Below, one piece after another: positions 7,199 to 15,857 of a stretch of DNA of 39,781 bases. A model generated the notes under the pieces. It did not search any database, was not told where the DNA came from, and was given only the letters and a program-made list of their open reading frames with translations. A program made the translations under genes and the position numbers. The number at the start of each line of letters is the position of its first letter. Position 1 is the stretch's first letter. This DNA is from a virus, in the IMG/VR virus record IMGVR_UViG_3300045988_067749, positions 1 through 39,781 of that record; one strand, written 5' to 3'.

Positions 7199-10060
7199 TC
7201 ACCATTGCGGCATGGCCGCTGTCTGCAGCCTCTGCTGCGTGCTAATGCTCGTTGGCGCGATCGCCGGATAGTTGAATGTTTGCGTGATGTTCGTCACGCT
7301 CCCACCATTGCCGTAGGCTGAGGCGTTAACGCCGCGCGAGGCGTTGGCTACGCCGACGGAATACGAGGCGTCCTGCGAAGGCAGGATGCCGGTCAATCGT
7401 CCGGCAGCCTTCTGCACCTTCGCCGCGCTCTCGTCGATGCCGACCGCCATGCCCTCGCCGATCATCTCACCGACCTGATCGCGGAACACTCGAGACGGCG
7501 AATGGATGCCAAGCTTGCGTTTCACCCAATCCAACGCGTTCGTGGCCGCGTTGACGGCGGCGGTCACGAGTCTGCCTGCCGCGCCTGCGATGCCGGTCGC
7601 GATGCCGGTGATGATATTCAGACCGACACTCCCCCAGTTAACAGACGTGAACCCGTGCATGATCTGGCCGACCATGCCTGGAATGGCTCCGATAAGCCTT
7701 GGAACCGACGAAATGAAACCGTTGGCCAGTGCGCCGAGCAGCTGCACGCCAGCCTGCAGGATCTGCGGGAGACGATTGATGATGCCGCCGACAAGCTGGC
7801 CGATAAGGATCGGAGCCTTGCCTACCAAGTCTGGCAGGGCGTTGATGAGGCCCTGCGCCAGTCCGAGGATGAGCTTCAGGCCGCTGTCGATGATCTGCGG
7901 CAGGTTGTTAAGGATGCCTTGCACGAGGTTGAGGACGGCGTTGATGCCGATGGGGATGAGCTGCGGCAATTGGGCGGACAATCCGTCCAGCAGCGTCGTC
8001 AGCACGATGACCGCCGTGGACGCGATCTGCGGCAATGCCTGCACGATGCCCTGCAAGAGGTTCGTGACCATCGTCAATCCGGTTTGCAGGAACGACGGCA
8101 GGCTCGTCGTGACCCACGCCTGGAACTGGGCGAGCAACTGGGGCAGGCTCGTCGATATCCATGTGGTCGCGCTGGTCAGCAGCATCGTGCCGAGCTGCCC
8201 CAACGCGCCGAGCACCGGCGGGAGTATCTGCATGACCAGTGCCGGCAGGGTGCCGCCCAATGAGGAGAACAGTTGTGGAAGTGCGGCGGTGATGCCGGTG
8301 ATGATCTGCGCGATGCGCGGACCCACGTTCTGGATGACTATGCCCACGGAATCGACCAGCTGCTTGGTCAATCCGTTGATGTCGGCATTGTCCTTGCCAA
8401 GTTCCGCCAGCCAGTTCTGCCATGCGGCCTTCATCATGCCGACGGAGCCCTCGATGGTTGTCGCGGCCTCCTTGGCGGTGGTGCCGGTGATGCCCATCTG
8501 CTCCTGCATGATGTGGATGGCCTGCACCACGTCCGAGAACTTGTCGATGGACAGGTCGCCCATCTCCCCGTTCGCCTGCTTGACCTTGTTCGCGTCCTGG
8601 ATCAGACGCTCCATCTCGGATTTCGTACCGCCGTAGCCGAGCTTCAGATTGTCAAGCATGGCATAGTTGCCGCGCGCCAGACTCTGGTAGGTCTGTTGGA
8701 TGGACTCGATGTCGGTGCCCATCTTGTTGGCGTTGTCCGACATGTCGACCATGGCGGTATTGCCAAGTTCAGCGGCCTTCGCGGTGTCGCCGCCGAGCGA
8801 GCTGATCAGCGAGGCTGAAAAGCTCGTGACCTGCGTCATGTACTCGTTGGCGCTCACTCCGGCTGTCCGGTACGCTTCCGCAGCGTATTTCTGCACGGTG
8901 CCGGACGCGTCTTTGAACAGCGTGTCCACGCCGCCGACGGCCTGCTCGTAGGTGGCGTATGCGTCGAGAGCGCTCTTGCCGACTCCTGCCAAAGCCGCGA
9001 CGGCGGTTCCAACACCTGCAAGTCCGACAGTGGCGACGCCCTTCAACGCGCCGACGGCCTTGCCCGACATGGAGCTGATCGCATTCCACGCAATGTCGGC
9101 TCCGCCCTTCAACGCTCCGGCCATCCGTGAGGCCACGGAGCTGGCGACGCCGAACAGGCCTGAGAACACTCCGCTCGCCGCCGATCCGACGTTGCGGAAA
9201 TAACCGCCTATGCTGCCCACGGCATTCCTGAATGGTGCAGGAATCTTCGCGGCGATGCCGTTGATGCGCTGGCCGAGCCCGTAGGACAGGTCGTCGCCGA
9301 ACTGTCGGGCGATGGCCGCGCCCTGCTTGAAGGGGCTGGCGACCTTGCCTCCCAACGCGGACGCCTTCGCGGCGACCTGATCGAACGCGCCACGGGCGAT
9401 GCCGCCGATCTTGCCGAACACGCCCGCCCCGTCGAGCATGGCCATGTCGGCGTTCGCCCAGCCGGCGCGCACTTTCTCGATCGCACCCAACGCCGGGGCG
9501 GCCATCGCCCTGCCGAGGTTTCTGAACGCCGCTCCGAGCGAACCGGCTGTCTTCTCGCTGCTGGAGGCGAGATTGTCCTGCGCGTCCTTGAGCGCCTTCT
9601 GCGCATCCTTCAACCGGTTCTCGGACTGCGTAGCCCGGTCGGTCATGGTGGACAGCTTCAGCCGGGCCTGTTCGAGCCTGATGGTCGCGGCCTCGGCCTG
9701 CGTGCTGCCCTCGCCATGCTTGGCGACGGCATTGGCGACGCTCTCCTCGGCGGCACGCACCTGATTCGCCGCCGCCCTCTGCTGGAGCATGGCCTGACTG
9801 TATGCGGCCGTGGATTTCGCCACGTCACGCTCGTAGGATTTCAGTACGTCCGCGCTGAAATCGTTCGCCGACTGCCTGAAACCGTTTTTGAACGCGCGTC
9901 CGAACAGTCCACCGCTCTTTCCGCCGTTCATGCTCGAGTTGAAAGCCTTCGACGCGGCCTTGCCGCTCGCGCCGACTTCCTTGTTGACCGCGCTGCGGAA
10001 CCCCTTCATCGACGGGAAAATGCTGATGTGCGCGGAACCGAGTTCGCTGCCGAACGCCAT
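7199..10060 (-). CDS. Tape measure protein (953 aa)
   Basis: Size and position fit a tape measure protein. It is Ala/Gly-rich and helical, with hydrophobic repeated segments (LPQLxxxL...). Confidence 0.9.
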   Translation of the reverse strand: MAFGSELGSAHISIFPSMKGFRSAVNKEVGASGKAASKAFNSSMNGGKSGGLFGRAFKNGFRQSANDFSADVLKSYERDVAKSTAAYSQAMLQQRAAANQVRAAEESVANAVAKHGEGSTQAEAATIRLEQARLKLSTMTDRATQSENRLKDAQKALKDAQDNLASSSEKTAGSLGAAFRNLGRAMAAPALGAIEKVRAGWANADMAMLDGAGVFGKIGGIARGAFDQVAAKASALGGKVASPFKQGAAIARQFGDDLSYGLGQRINGIAAKIPAPFRNAVGSIGGYFRNVGSAASGVFSGLFGVASSVASRMAGALKGGADIAWNAISSMSGKAVGALKGVATVGLAGVGTAVAALAGVGKSALDAYATYEQAVGGVDTLFKDASGTVQKYAAEAYRTAGVSANEYMTQVTSFSASLISSLGGDTAKAAELGNTAMVDMSDNANKMGTDIESIQQTYQSLARGNYAMLDNLKLGYGGTKSEMERLIQDANKVKQANGEMGDLSIDKFSDVVQAIHIMQEQMGITGTTAKEAATTIEGSVGMMKAAWQNWLAELGKDNADINGLTKQLVDSVGIVIQNVGPRIAQIITGITAALPQLFSSLGGTLPALVMQILPPVLGALGQLGTMLLTSATTWISTSLPQLLAQFQAWVTTSLPSFLQTGLTMVTNLLQGIVQALPQIASTAVIVLTTLLDGLSAQLPQLIPIGINAVLNLVQGILNNLPQIIDSGLKLILGLAQGLINALPDLVGKAPILIGQLVGGIINRLPQILQAGVQLLGALANGFISSVPRLIGAIPGMVGQIMHGFTSVNWGSVGLNIITGIATGIAGAAGRLVTAAVNAATNALDWVKRKLGIHSPSRVFRDQVGEMIGEGMAVGIDESAAKVQKAAGRLTGILPSQDASYSVGVANASRGVNASAYGNGGSVTNITQTFNYPAIAPTSISTQQRLQTAAMPQW

Positions 10061-10091
10061 GCGGCACCTCCACTATTCAGTTTTGTCCAAA

Positions 10092-10463
10092 TCAGTCCTC
10101 GTAGAGCGACTGGAATACCGGGCTCATGCCCTTGGTCTGTTCGCGCAGCCGCTCACGCTCGGCCTTCTCCCTGTCCTCCCGCAATCGTTTCGCAAGAGAA
10201 TCGAAAGGTTTCGGATACTCGTCGCTGCCAAGCGCGTAGATGACCGGTATCTCACCCCACCGGGCCGGATAATCCAAGCCGTTGAGCTCCGCGCCCGTGT
10301 AGGTCGACGGATCGCCGATGAGCTGCTCGAGGAGCGCTATCGCGTCGCCGTAGCGGAGCCTGCCGCCGAGATCGGCCTGCAGACTCCACCCACGCATCGT
10401 GAAATCGGCTCGGATCACGCTCCCGTGTTCGGCGAGCTGGCGGGAGAACCATTGGATTTTCCC
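10092..10463 (-). CDS. Tail assembly chaperone, -1 frameshift extension (gpT-like part of the G-T fusion)
   Basis: The -1 frame is open from the GGGAAAA slip site: GGG AAA ATC CAA TGG ... reads into ...IRADFTMRGWSLQADLGG... and ends just before the tape measure gene. Confidence 0.75.
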   Translation of the reverse strand, partial: GKIQWFSRQLAEHGSVIRADFTMRGWSLQADLGGRLRYGDAIALLEQLIGDPSTYTGAELNGLDYPARWGEIPVIYALGSDEYPKPFDSLAKRLREDREKAERERLREQTKGMSPVFQSLYED

Positions 10464-10837
10464 AGTGAGGCTCCCTGCGCGCGCACCACCGCGTCGCCAT
10501 AATCGGACAAAAGATTGAACACGACCTGCACCGGTTCGCCGTTCAACGCTTTCGCCTGCTTGTCTCCGGCGAATGCGCTCAGAATGCGTTTGAACTGTTC
10601 CACGCTTTCCGTGTCATCGGACGTGTTCGACAGTCTCGTGAAATCGTCGATGCTCATCGACAATGGGAGCTTGTACGTGCGTCCGCCGGGCACGAGCGCC
10701 CAATACACATCGCCTTTGATGATGTGGCGCACCTTGTAGTTTTGCGCGATGGAGGCGAACGCCTCCTCGTCGTTCTTTTCCGTCCACTGGTCGAAATCCT
10801 CGACGGTCGGCTCGAAGTCGGTGGAAGTGGAAGTCAT
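10415..10837 (-). CDS. Tail assembly chaperone (gpG-like, 140 aa)
   Basis: It lies between the major tail and tape measure genes, is acidic, and contains a slippery heptamer near its 3' end. Confidence 0.8.
   Translation of the reverse strand: MTSTSTDFEPTVEDFDQWTEKNDEEAFASIAQNYKVRHIIKGDVYWALVPGGRTYKLPLSMSIDDFTRLSNTSDDTESVEQFKRILSAFAGDKQAKALNGEPVQVVFNLLSDYGDAVVRAQGASLGKSNGSPASSPNTGA
10457..10463 (-). promoter_or_regulatory. -1 programmed frameshift heptamer G_GGA_AAA (G/GT chaperones)
   Basis: The zero frame reads CTG GGA AAA TCC. The heptamer fits the X_XXY_YYZ pattern and the -1 frame is open to 10092. Confidence 0.75.
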
Positions 10838-10871
10838 TGTCTTGTCCTATCTGCTTTCGCCTGCCTGCGGT

Positions 10872-10922
10872 AAAAAAGGGGTTCCCGGACCGCGCAGACA
10901 GGCGAGATAGGCGGTCCGGGAA
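10872..10922 (-). terminator. Rho-independent terminator after the major tail gene
   Basis: A 12-bp stem (ttcccggaccgc / gcggtccgggaa) is followed on the minus strand by CCCCUUUUUU. Confidence 0.75.
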
Positions 10923-10938
10923 GATTTTCGCCTGCCGG

Positions 10939-11223
10939 TCAGGCGGCATGTGCGGTGACAGTGACCGTCAGATCGGGTGAGGTCACGCCGTCATACGTGG
11001 CGTTGATCCTCGCGCTTCCGGCCTTGACGGCGGTGAGCGTACAGCCATCGACGGTCGCCACGCCGGCATCCTTGGATACGAACGTGGCCTGTCCGGTCAC
11101 GTCCACGGTGGTCTCGTCCACATGGGTGGCGACGGCCTTGAGCGCGAGATTCGCGCCTTGGACGACCGACGGCCTCGTATTGCCGTCAGCCGAAGTCACA
11201 GCCACCGCCGTCACGCTTTTGGG
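10939..11223 (-). CDS. Ig-like (Big_2-type) domain reached by a -1 frameshift from the major tail protein
   Basis: The -1 frame from CCCAAAA reads PKSVTAVAVTSADGNT...ATFVSKDAGVATVDGCTLTAVKAGSARINATYDGVTS..TVTV, a Big_2-like pattern. There is no independent start with an SD. Confidence 0.7.
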   Translation of the reverse strand, partial: PKSVTAVAVTSADGNTRPSVVQGANLALKAVATHVDETTVDVTGQATFVSKDAGVATVDGCTLTAVKAGSARINATYDGVTSPDLTVTVTAHAA

Positions 11224-11810
11224 TCGTACCAGCTTTCGATCCAACGCGTGTTCGGATGCTCGGGGTCCACGTACAGCGGGTCCTTCATCCATTCAACGGT
11301 GAGCTCGCGGCCTGTGACCGAACCACGCTCCTGCTGGTCCGGTTCGTTGCCGGTGACCTGCACGACGCCGGCACGACGGTGGACACGCCCCGTGTCGAAC
11401 GTCTCCTCCTCGTACACCATCCATTTCGCATCCTGGATGATGTCGGCCACGTGGTAGACGCCATTGGAGTCCGGCTCTCCGATGGTGATCTTGCGTGTCA
11501 GCGCATTGTTCTCTGCCGGGCTGAAAGTCTGCGTGAGACTGGTCGCCAACGGCAGCTTCTTGTACCCGTCCTGCAAAAACTCCAGCGGGTCTTCGCCGTC
11601 GCGCGAATCCTGATTGCCGCCGTCGGACTTGACGAGTCCGAGGCATGCGGTCGACCGATTGTAGGCGGCCGGAAGTTCCGTCGTCGCCTTGCTGGCTGCG
11701 ATCATCTCCGGCGTGATTCTGTTTTCGGTGGAGTACGGGACGATCATGATGGCGGCGGTGACGAGCGCCTCCACCTGTCCCATATCCATGCCCTGACTGT
11801 CTTTGGCCAT
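11211..11810 (-). CDS. Major tail protein (199 aa)
   Basis: It sits upstream of the chaperones and is followed by a strong terminator. It translates MAKDSQGMDMGQVEALVTAAIMIVPYSTENRITPE... Confidence 0.8.
   Translation of the reverse strand: MAKDSQGMDMGQVEALVTAAIMIVPYSTENRITPEMIAASKATTELPAAYNRSTACLGLVKSDGGNQDSRDGEDPLEFLQDGYKKLPLATSLTQTFSPAENNALTRKITIGEPDSNGVYHVADIIQDAKWMVYEEETFDTGRVHRRAGVVQVTGNEPDQQERGSVTGRELTVEWMKDPLYVDPEHPNTRWIESWYDPKA
11217..11223 (-). promoter_or_regulatory. -1 programmed frameshift heptamer C_CCA_AAA at the 3' end of the major tail gene
   Basis: The zero frame reads GAC CCA AAA GCG TGA. A -1 slip reads CCC AAA AGC GTG ACG ... into the Ig-like ORF. Confidence 0.7.
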
Positions 11811-11822
11811 GGCGTTTCCTTT

Positions 11823-12254
11823 CTATGGTTGTCTGATTCCGGCCGTCGAATATTCGACGGTCATGTAGTAGCGGCACCATGCCGCGTCCTCGACGACCGG
11901 GTACGGGCCGTTGCAGCCGTCAGACACGACGGCGCAGATGCGGCTGCCTTCGGCGAATCCGATGAGGATGCCGGGCTCGCCGGTCAGCACGCCGTACACG
12001 CGGGCCGCCAGATCGCGGCATGGTTTCGTATCGTTGCGCGTCCATCCGAGCACGTTGACGCCTATCGACCTGTCGAACGTCACACGGTCGGCGGATTGCA
12101 TGCCGCCGTCATCACGCACGACCACGAGCGGATAGGAGCCGTCGTAATCGTCCGGTATGCGGTTTCCGACCTGCAGGCCGACTACGTCCGTGATGTTGGA
12201 GCGCAGCCATCCGGTGAGGAAAAGCTCAAGGTCTGGTGGGATGACGCTTGCCAT
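11823..12254 (-). CDS. Tail terminator / tail completion protein (143 aa)
   Basis: It lies immediately upstream of the major tail gene. The call is by synteny with HK97-like head-tail joining modules. Confidence 0.6.
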   Translation of the reverse strand: MASVIPPDLELFLTGWLRSNITDVVGLQVGNRIPDDYDGSYPLVVVRDDGGMQSADRVTFDRSIGVNVLGWTRNDTKPCRDLAARVYGVLTGEPGILIGFAEGSRICAVVSDGCNGPYPVVEDAAWCRYYMTVEYSTAGIRQP

Positions 12255-12541
12255 CAGACCTTCGCCTTCTTCAACGCTTTGGCCAGATTGCCGGTCTGCG
12301 CCTCCACGAGCAGGGTCTTCGGGTCGTGGCCGACGACCATGACGGTCGTTCGGTGCTCCCTTTTGACCTCCTCTATGCCAAGTCCGTCGCGGTATGCGCC
12401 TGTTTCGACCGGCGCGGACGCCTTCGCGTAGGCGAGTGCCCTGTTCGCGGCCAGCGTGGTGAGCGCCTTGACTCCCGCGCTGTTGAGAATCTCGTCGAAG
12501 AATTTCGGGTTGAAGTTGACCGATATCCTGCTTTTCGCCAT
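12254..12541 (-). CDS. HK97 gp10-like neck / tail-component protein (95 aa)
   Basis: Called on synteny and size. It translates MAKSRISVNFNPKFFDEILNSAGVKALTTLAANRALAYAKASAPVETGAYRDG..., which is gp10-family-like. Confidence 0.6.
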   Translation of the reverse strand: MAKSRISVNFNPKFFDEILNSAGVKALTTLAANRALAYAKASAPVETGAYRDGLGIEEVKREHRTTVMVVGHDPKTLLVEAQTGNLAKALKKAKV

Positions 12542-12545
12542 TTGT

Positions 12546-12944
12546 TCAGCCCTTTCTTTCCGTCAGACGGCATTCCAAGGTCGGACGCCACCCGGTGAAC
12601 GCGTTCGCATCCTTCGAGGGGAATCCGTCGACTTCCCACAAGCGTCCGTCGTCGGGGTCTGCGCGAATCCGGTCGCCGATTCTGATGTCGGCGTCCGGGT
12701 CTGGGATGGTGAGGTACGCCGTTGATTCGGTTTGTGTGTCGAGCGTGTCCGGCGTGCGCGTGCTGGAGCTGGATGAGAGCGCGCCCATGATGGCGAGCTC
12801 GTCCGGAGGCACGCTCCAGTCTGGCTCGTTCTGCGCCGGATTGTACGGGTTGGCCTTGCGTTTGGCACGCAATCGGATGAAGCGCGTGGCACCAGCCATG
12901 CCGAAAGCGCCGCCACCGGCATTCATGTCGTCAAGCAGGCTCAT
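12546..12944 (-). CDS. Head closure / head-tail adaptor protein (132 aa)
   Basis: Called by synteny. Its start overlaps the upstream gene's stop. Confidence 0.55.
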   Translation of the reverse strand: MSLLDDMNAGGGAFGMAGATRFIRLRAKRKANPYNPAQNEPDWSVPPDELAIMGALSSSSSTRTPDTLDTQTESTAYLTIPDPDADIRIGDRIRADPDDGRLWEVDGFPSKDANAFTGWRPTLECRLTERKG

Positions 12945-13453
12945 GGCAATCCTCCAAGCCGATAGGGTTTGAGCTTGTCCTTCTCCGCCTGCATGAGCGA
13001 CACCACGTCAAAACTCGCGCTGGAGCCATTCGTGGACTGCGAAGTGACGAGCCCGAGCGGGCTCATGCCGGCACGCTTCGCGGCGCTGATGAGCACCTGC
13101 TGCACGTCCGGCGCGTCATTGTATCCGGCGTGGATCTCGTAGCGGATGGCCGCGACGCCGACCGGGAAACCACCGGAGAGCGACTCCACAAGACCCGTCT
13201 CCGGGTCGTAGGCGTAGGCCAGCTTGTTGCCGTCGCGGTCTGTCAGGGATTCGATGCTCGTCACATGACGGGCGGGCAGTCGGATAACCGTGCCGCCACG
13301 CGAGTTGATGACGCCGGACAATGCCGCGTTCGGCATGACATGCCAGCCACACTCGCGGCGGATGGCCGCCTGCGCCGCCTTCAGCCAGAACTCGCCGTCA
13401 GCGTCGAAGCCTGACGGGTCGGTGATGATGTCGGGAATGGTTTCATCGGCCAT
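12941..13453 (-). CDS. Head-tail connector (gp6-like, 170 aa)
   Basis: It is the first gene of the head-tail joining module downstream of the capsid/decoration genes. Confidence 0.55.
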   Translation of the reverse strand: MADETIPDIITDPSGFDADGEFWLKAAQAAIRRECGWHVMPNAALSGVINSRGGTVIRLPARHVTSIESLTDRDGNKLAYAYDPETGLVESLSGGFPVGVAAIRYEIHAGYNDAPDVQQVLISAAKRAGMSPLGLVTSQSTNGSSASFDVVSLMQAEKDKLKPYRLGGLP

Positions 13454-13476
13454 CGTTCGCCTCCAGTCGATTCACG

Positions 13477-13866
13477 TTAGGCCACGGTGAAGGCGTGCGA
13501 CTGGTCGTCGGTGCCGACCCAAGTGCCGCCGGTGATGGCATTGTCGGAGTTCTTGGTCAGGGAAATCGACTTCACGCCCACGCCGGCGGCACCGGGAGCA
13601 CCATTCTTGCCGGCTGGCCCCGGATCGCCATTGCCGCCTTTCGCGCCGGCCGGAATGCCAAGCGTGAGCACGCCATCCGCGAGCGTCGCGGTGGGAGCCG
13701 CGCCGGCGGCGAGGGCCACGGCCGTCACCGAGGTGATGGCCGCACCGTTCGCCTTGGTCAGGTCGATGGGATTGCCGGCGGCGTCGACCACGACCACCGG
13801 CTGCGGATACGTGCTGCCATCACCGGTATCGACCCCGGTCTGCAGCACCTTGGTTGCGTCACTCAT
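13477..13866 (-). CDS. Small protein with a collagen-like G-X-Y tract (possible head decoration or fibre, 129 aa)
   Basis: It contains GAKGGNGDPGPAGKNGAPGAAGVG, which is eight consecutive G-X-Y triplets. It lies directly downstream of the major capsid gene. Confidence 0.6.
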   Translation of the reverse strand: MSDATKVLQTGVDTGDGSTYPQPVVVVDAAGNPIDLTKANGAAITSVTAVALAAGAAPTATLADGVLTLGIPAGAKGGNGDPGPAGKNGAPGAAGVGVKSISLTKNSDNAITGGTWVGTDDQSHAFTVA

Positions 13867-13877
13867 CGGCGGTCACC

Positions 13878-15086
13878 TCACTTGGCCTTCTTGCCGAGGG
13901 CGACGGACACGAACGCCTTCGGGTACTTGACCTGCAGGCCGAGGCGTTCGCGCACGCGGAACGTGATGAGATCGTTCGTGAAATCATCGGAATGCGAGTT
14001 GGTGGACTCGGCGCGCAGACCGCCCTTACGGATGACCGCGCCGCCGAGCTTGAACGCGCCGACCAGAGCGGTGCCCTGGGCGATGGCCTCGGTGACCACG
14101 GTCTTGAGGCCCCACAGCGGCGGATCCTGCATGATGGTGCCGTTGCCGTACTGGCCGTTGAAGTAGCCGCCGCCGTAGTACTGGCCGTTCGCGTCCTTGG
14201 AGAGGCGAATGGCCTCGTAGTCGGCGGGGTTGATGACCAGCGCGTCCGCGCGGAAACCGGTGGCCAGCGCGATCTTGGTGCGGGCCTTGAAGATGCGGTC
14301 CGGGTCGGAGTCGGTGTCCTGCCCCATCTTCTGGATGTCGCGGGTGAGCAGACCCTTGATGTTCGCATCGGAGCCGCTGCCGGACAGCAGCTGGGTCTCT
14401 TCCAGCAGCTGCAGGTTGTAGCGGGCGTGGTTGTTGATTTCGGAGACGATGTAGGAGAGGTCTTCGGCCATGTTGTCGGTGACCTTCCACCAGGCGGCGA
14501 CCTCCTTGAGGCTGTCGGACTCCCAGCGGGGGGCCGGCAGATGGGTCTGCGGCTTGGCACCGCCCTCGCCCACGGTTCCAGCGCCGCCCTCGAGCGCGCC
14601 ATAGACGGGGTATTCCACGGTGTTGGCGTTGCCGCTCAGGGTGACGGAGCCGAACAGGTCGGCGACCACGAGCGGACGCTCGTAAGGCCACACGCCGTTC
14701 ATGTCGATCTGGGTGACGACCGGCTGGTATCCGGTGCCAGCCGTGCCGGTGCCCGCCACGTGCATGTCGGTCGCGGCCTTGAACTCGCTGGAAGCGAACG
14801 GGTGCGCCTTGGTGCCGATGACGGTCATGCCGGCCTTCTTCAGCTCCTGCGCGTACAAGTCGCCCAGCGTCTTGGCGGCGGGAGCCGTCTTGGCCTCGGG
14901 CTTCACATCGTCCACGTTCAGGTCGTTCACGCCCTTGAACAGGTCGACGCGCTCCTGAAGACGCTTGGCCTCCTCGAAGCGGTTCTTCAGTTCGGTCGCC
15001 TCATCATCGGTGAGGTTCTCCATGCCCTTGTCGTACAGGGCCTTGACCGCCTTCTTCTCGGCGGCCAGCTTCTCCATGTAACCCAT
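13878..15086 (-). CDS. Major capsid protein, HK97 family (402 aa)
   Basis: It has an N-terminal coiled-coil delta domain (MEKLAAEKKAVKALYDKGMENLTDDEATELKNRFEEAKRLQ) and an HK97-like body. It follows the prohead protease gene. Confidence 0.9.
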   Translation of the reverse strand: MGYMEKLAAEKKAVKALYDKGMENLTDDEATELKNRFEEAKRLQERVDLFKGVNDLNVDDVKPEAKTAPAAKTLGDLYAQELKKAGMTVIGTKAHPFASSEFKAATDMHVAGTGTAGTGYQPVVTQIDMNGVWPYERPLVVADLFGSVTLSGNANTVEYPVYGALEGGAGTVGEGGAKPQTHLPAPRWESDSLKEVAAWWKVTDNMAEDLSYIVSEINNHARYNLQLLEETQLLSGSGSDANIKGLLTRDIQKMGQDTDSDPDRIFKARTKIALATGFRADALVINPADYEAIRLSKDANGQYYGGGYFNGQYGNGTIMQDPPLWGLKTVVTEAIAQGTALVGAFKLGGAVIRKGGLRAESTNSHSDDFTNDLITFRVRERLGLQVKYPKAFVSVALGKKAK

Positions 15087-15098
15087 GGATCATCCTTT

Positions 15099-15857
15099 CT
15101 ATTGGTTGTTTGCCAGCGAGAGGAAGTCGCTGATTTCCTTGGCCCACTGCGGGTCAAAACTCTTTTTCGCCTTGCCGTCGTCCGGCTCGGGCTTGTCCGA
15201 ATCGTCCGGCGTATCGTCGTCCGGCTCGTCATCGGGTTTGGAATCGTCCGGCTCGTCGTCGGGGGTTTCGGTGATGGAATCAAGCAGTTCGCCCAATGCC
15301 TCGTAGGCCGTGCGAATCTTGTCCTCGTTCGCCTTGCTTATGGCCCGGCCGGCCTTGACCTCGAGCACTTCCGCTCCTTGGTTGGCGGCGACCTGCACGA
15401 GACTGATTTCGAACAGCTTGAGCTGGCGAATCTCCCGGTAGCCGTCCCAAGGGCTCTTCGATTCCTCGCTTTCGACCCACGCGGTCTTCTCGGCGATGAA
15501 ACCGATGCTCATCTGGTGGATGAGGCCACGCTTGAGCAGGTCGTAGGCTCGCTTGCCCTCCGCGATGTCGGTGTCGAGCTTCGCGGTGATGAGCAGGCCA
15601 TGCTCGTCCTCCACGGCGCTCAACGTTTCGCCGATCACATCATTGGGTGAGTCGTCCTTGTGCTGCCAGTGGATCGGAATGCCCGCACCGCCGTTATTGA
15701 AGTCGGCGGATAAGGTCTGCTCGAAGGCACCCTTGACAATCACATCGTCGTGCAGGTCTTTCTCCCACGTGCTCGCGTAGCCGGAGAACACGCCGCCGCT
15801 GCTGTCGTCGGTGGCCTTGAGCTCCTTGAGCTCGTAGCCGAGATAATCAAGACTCAT
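15099..15857 (-). CDS. Prohead protease, HK97 family (252 aa) with an acidic PDDEPDD-repeat tail
   Basis: It reads ...FSGYASTWEKDLHDDVIVKGAF... and lies between the portal and capsid genes. Confidence 0.85.
   Translation of the reverse strand: MSLDYLGYELKELKATDDSSGGVFSGYASTWEKDLHDDVIVKGAFEQTLSADFNNGGAGIPIHWQHKDDSPNDVIGETLSAVEDEHGLLITAKLDTDIAEGKRAYDLLKRGLIHQMSIGFIAEKTAWVESEESKSPWDGYREIRQLKLFEISLVQVAANQGAEVLEVKAGRAISKANEDKIRTAYEALGELLDSITETPDDEPDDSKPDDEPDDDTPDDSDKPEPDDGKAKKSFDPQWAKEISDFLSLANNQ

Noticed and set aside
15161-15266. The PDDEPDD-type acidic repeat at the protease C-terminus, considered as a separate gene or scaffold
   Set aside because: It is in frame and contiguous with the protease ORF. 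It is a low-complexity acidic tail with no independent start.
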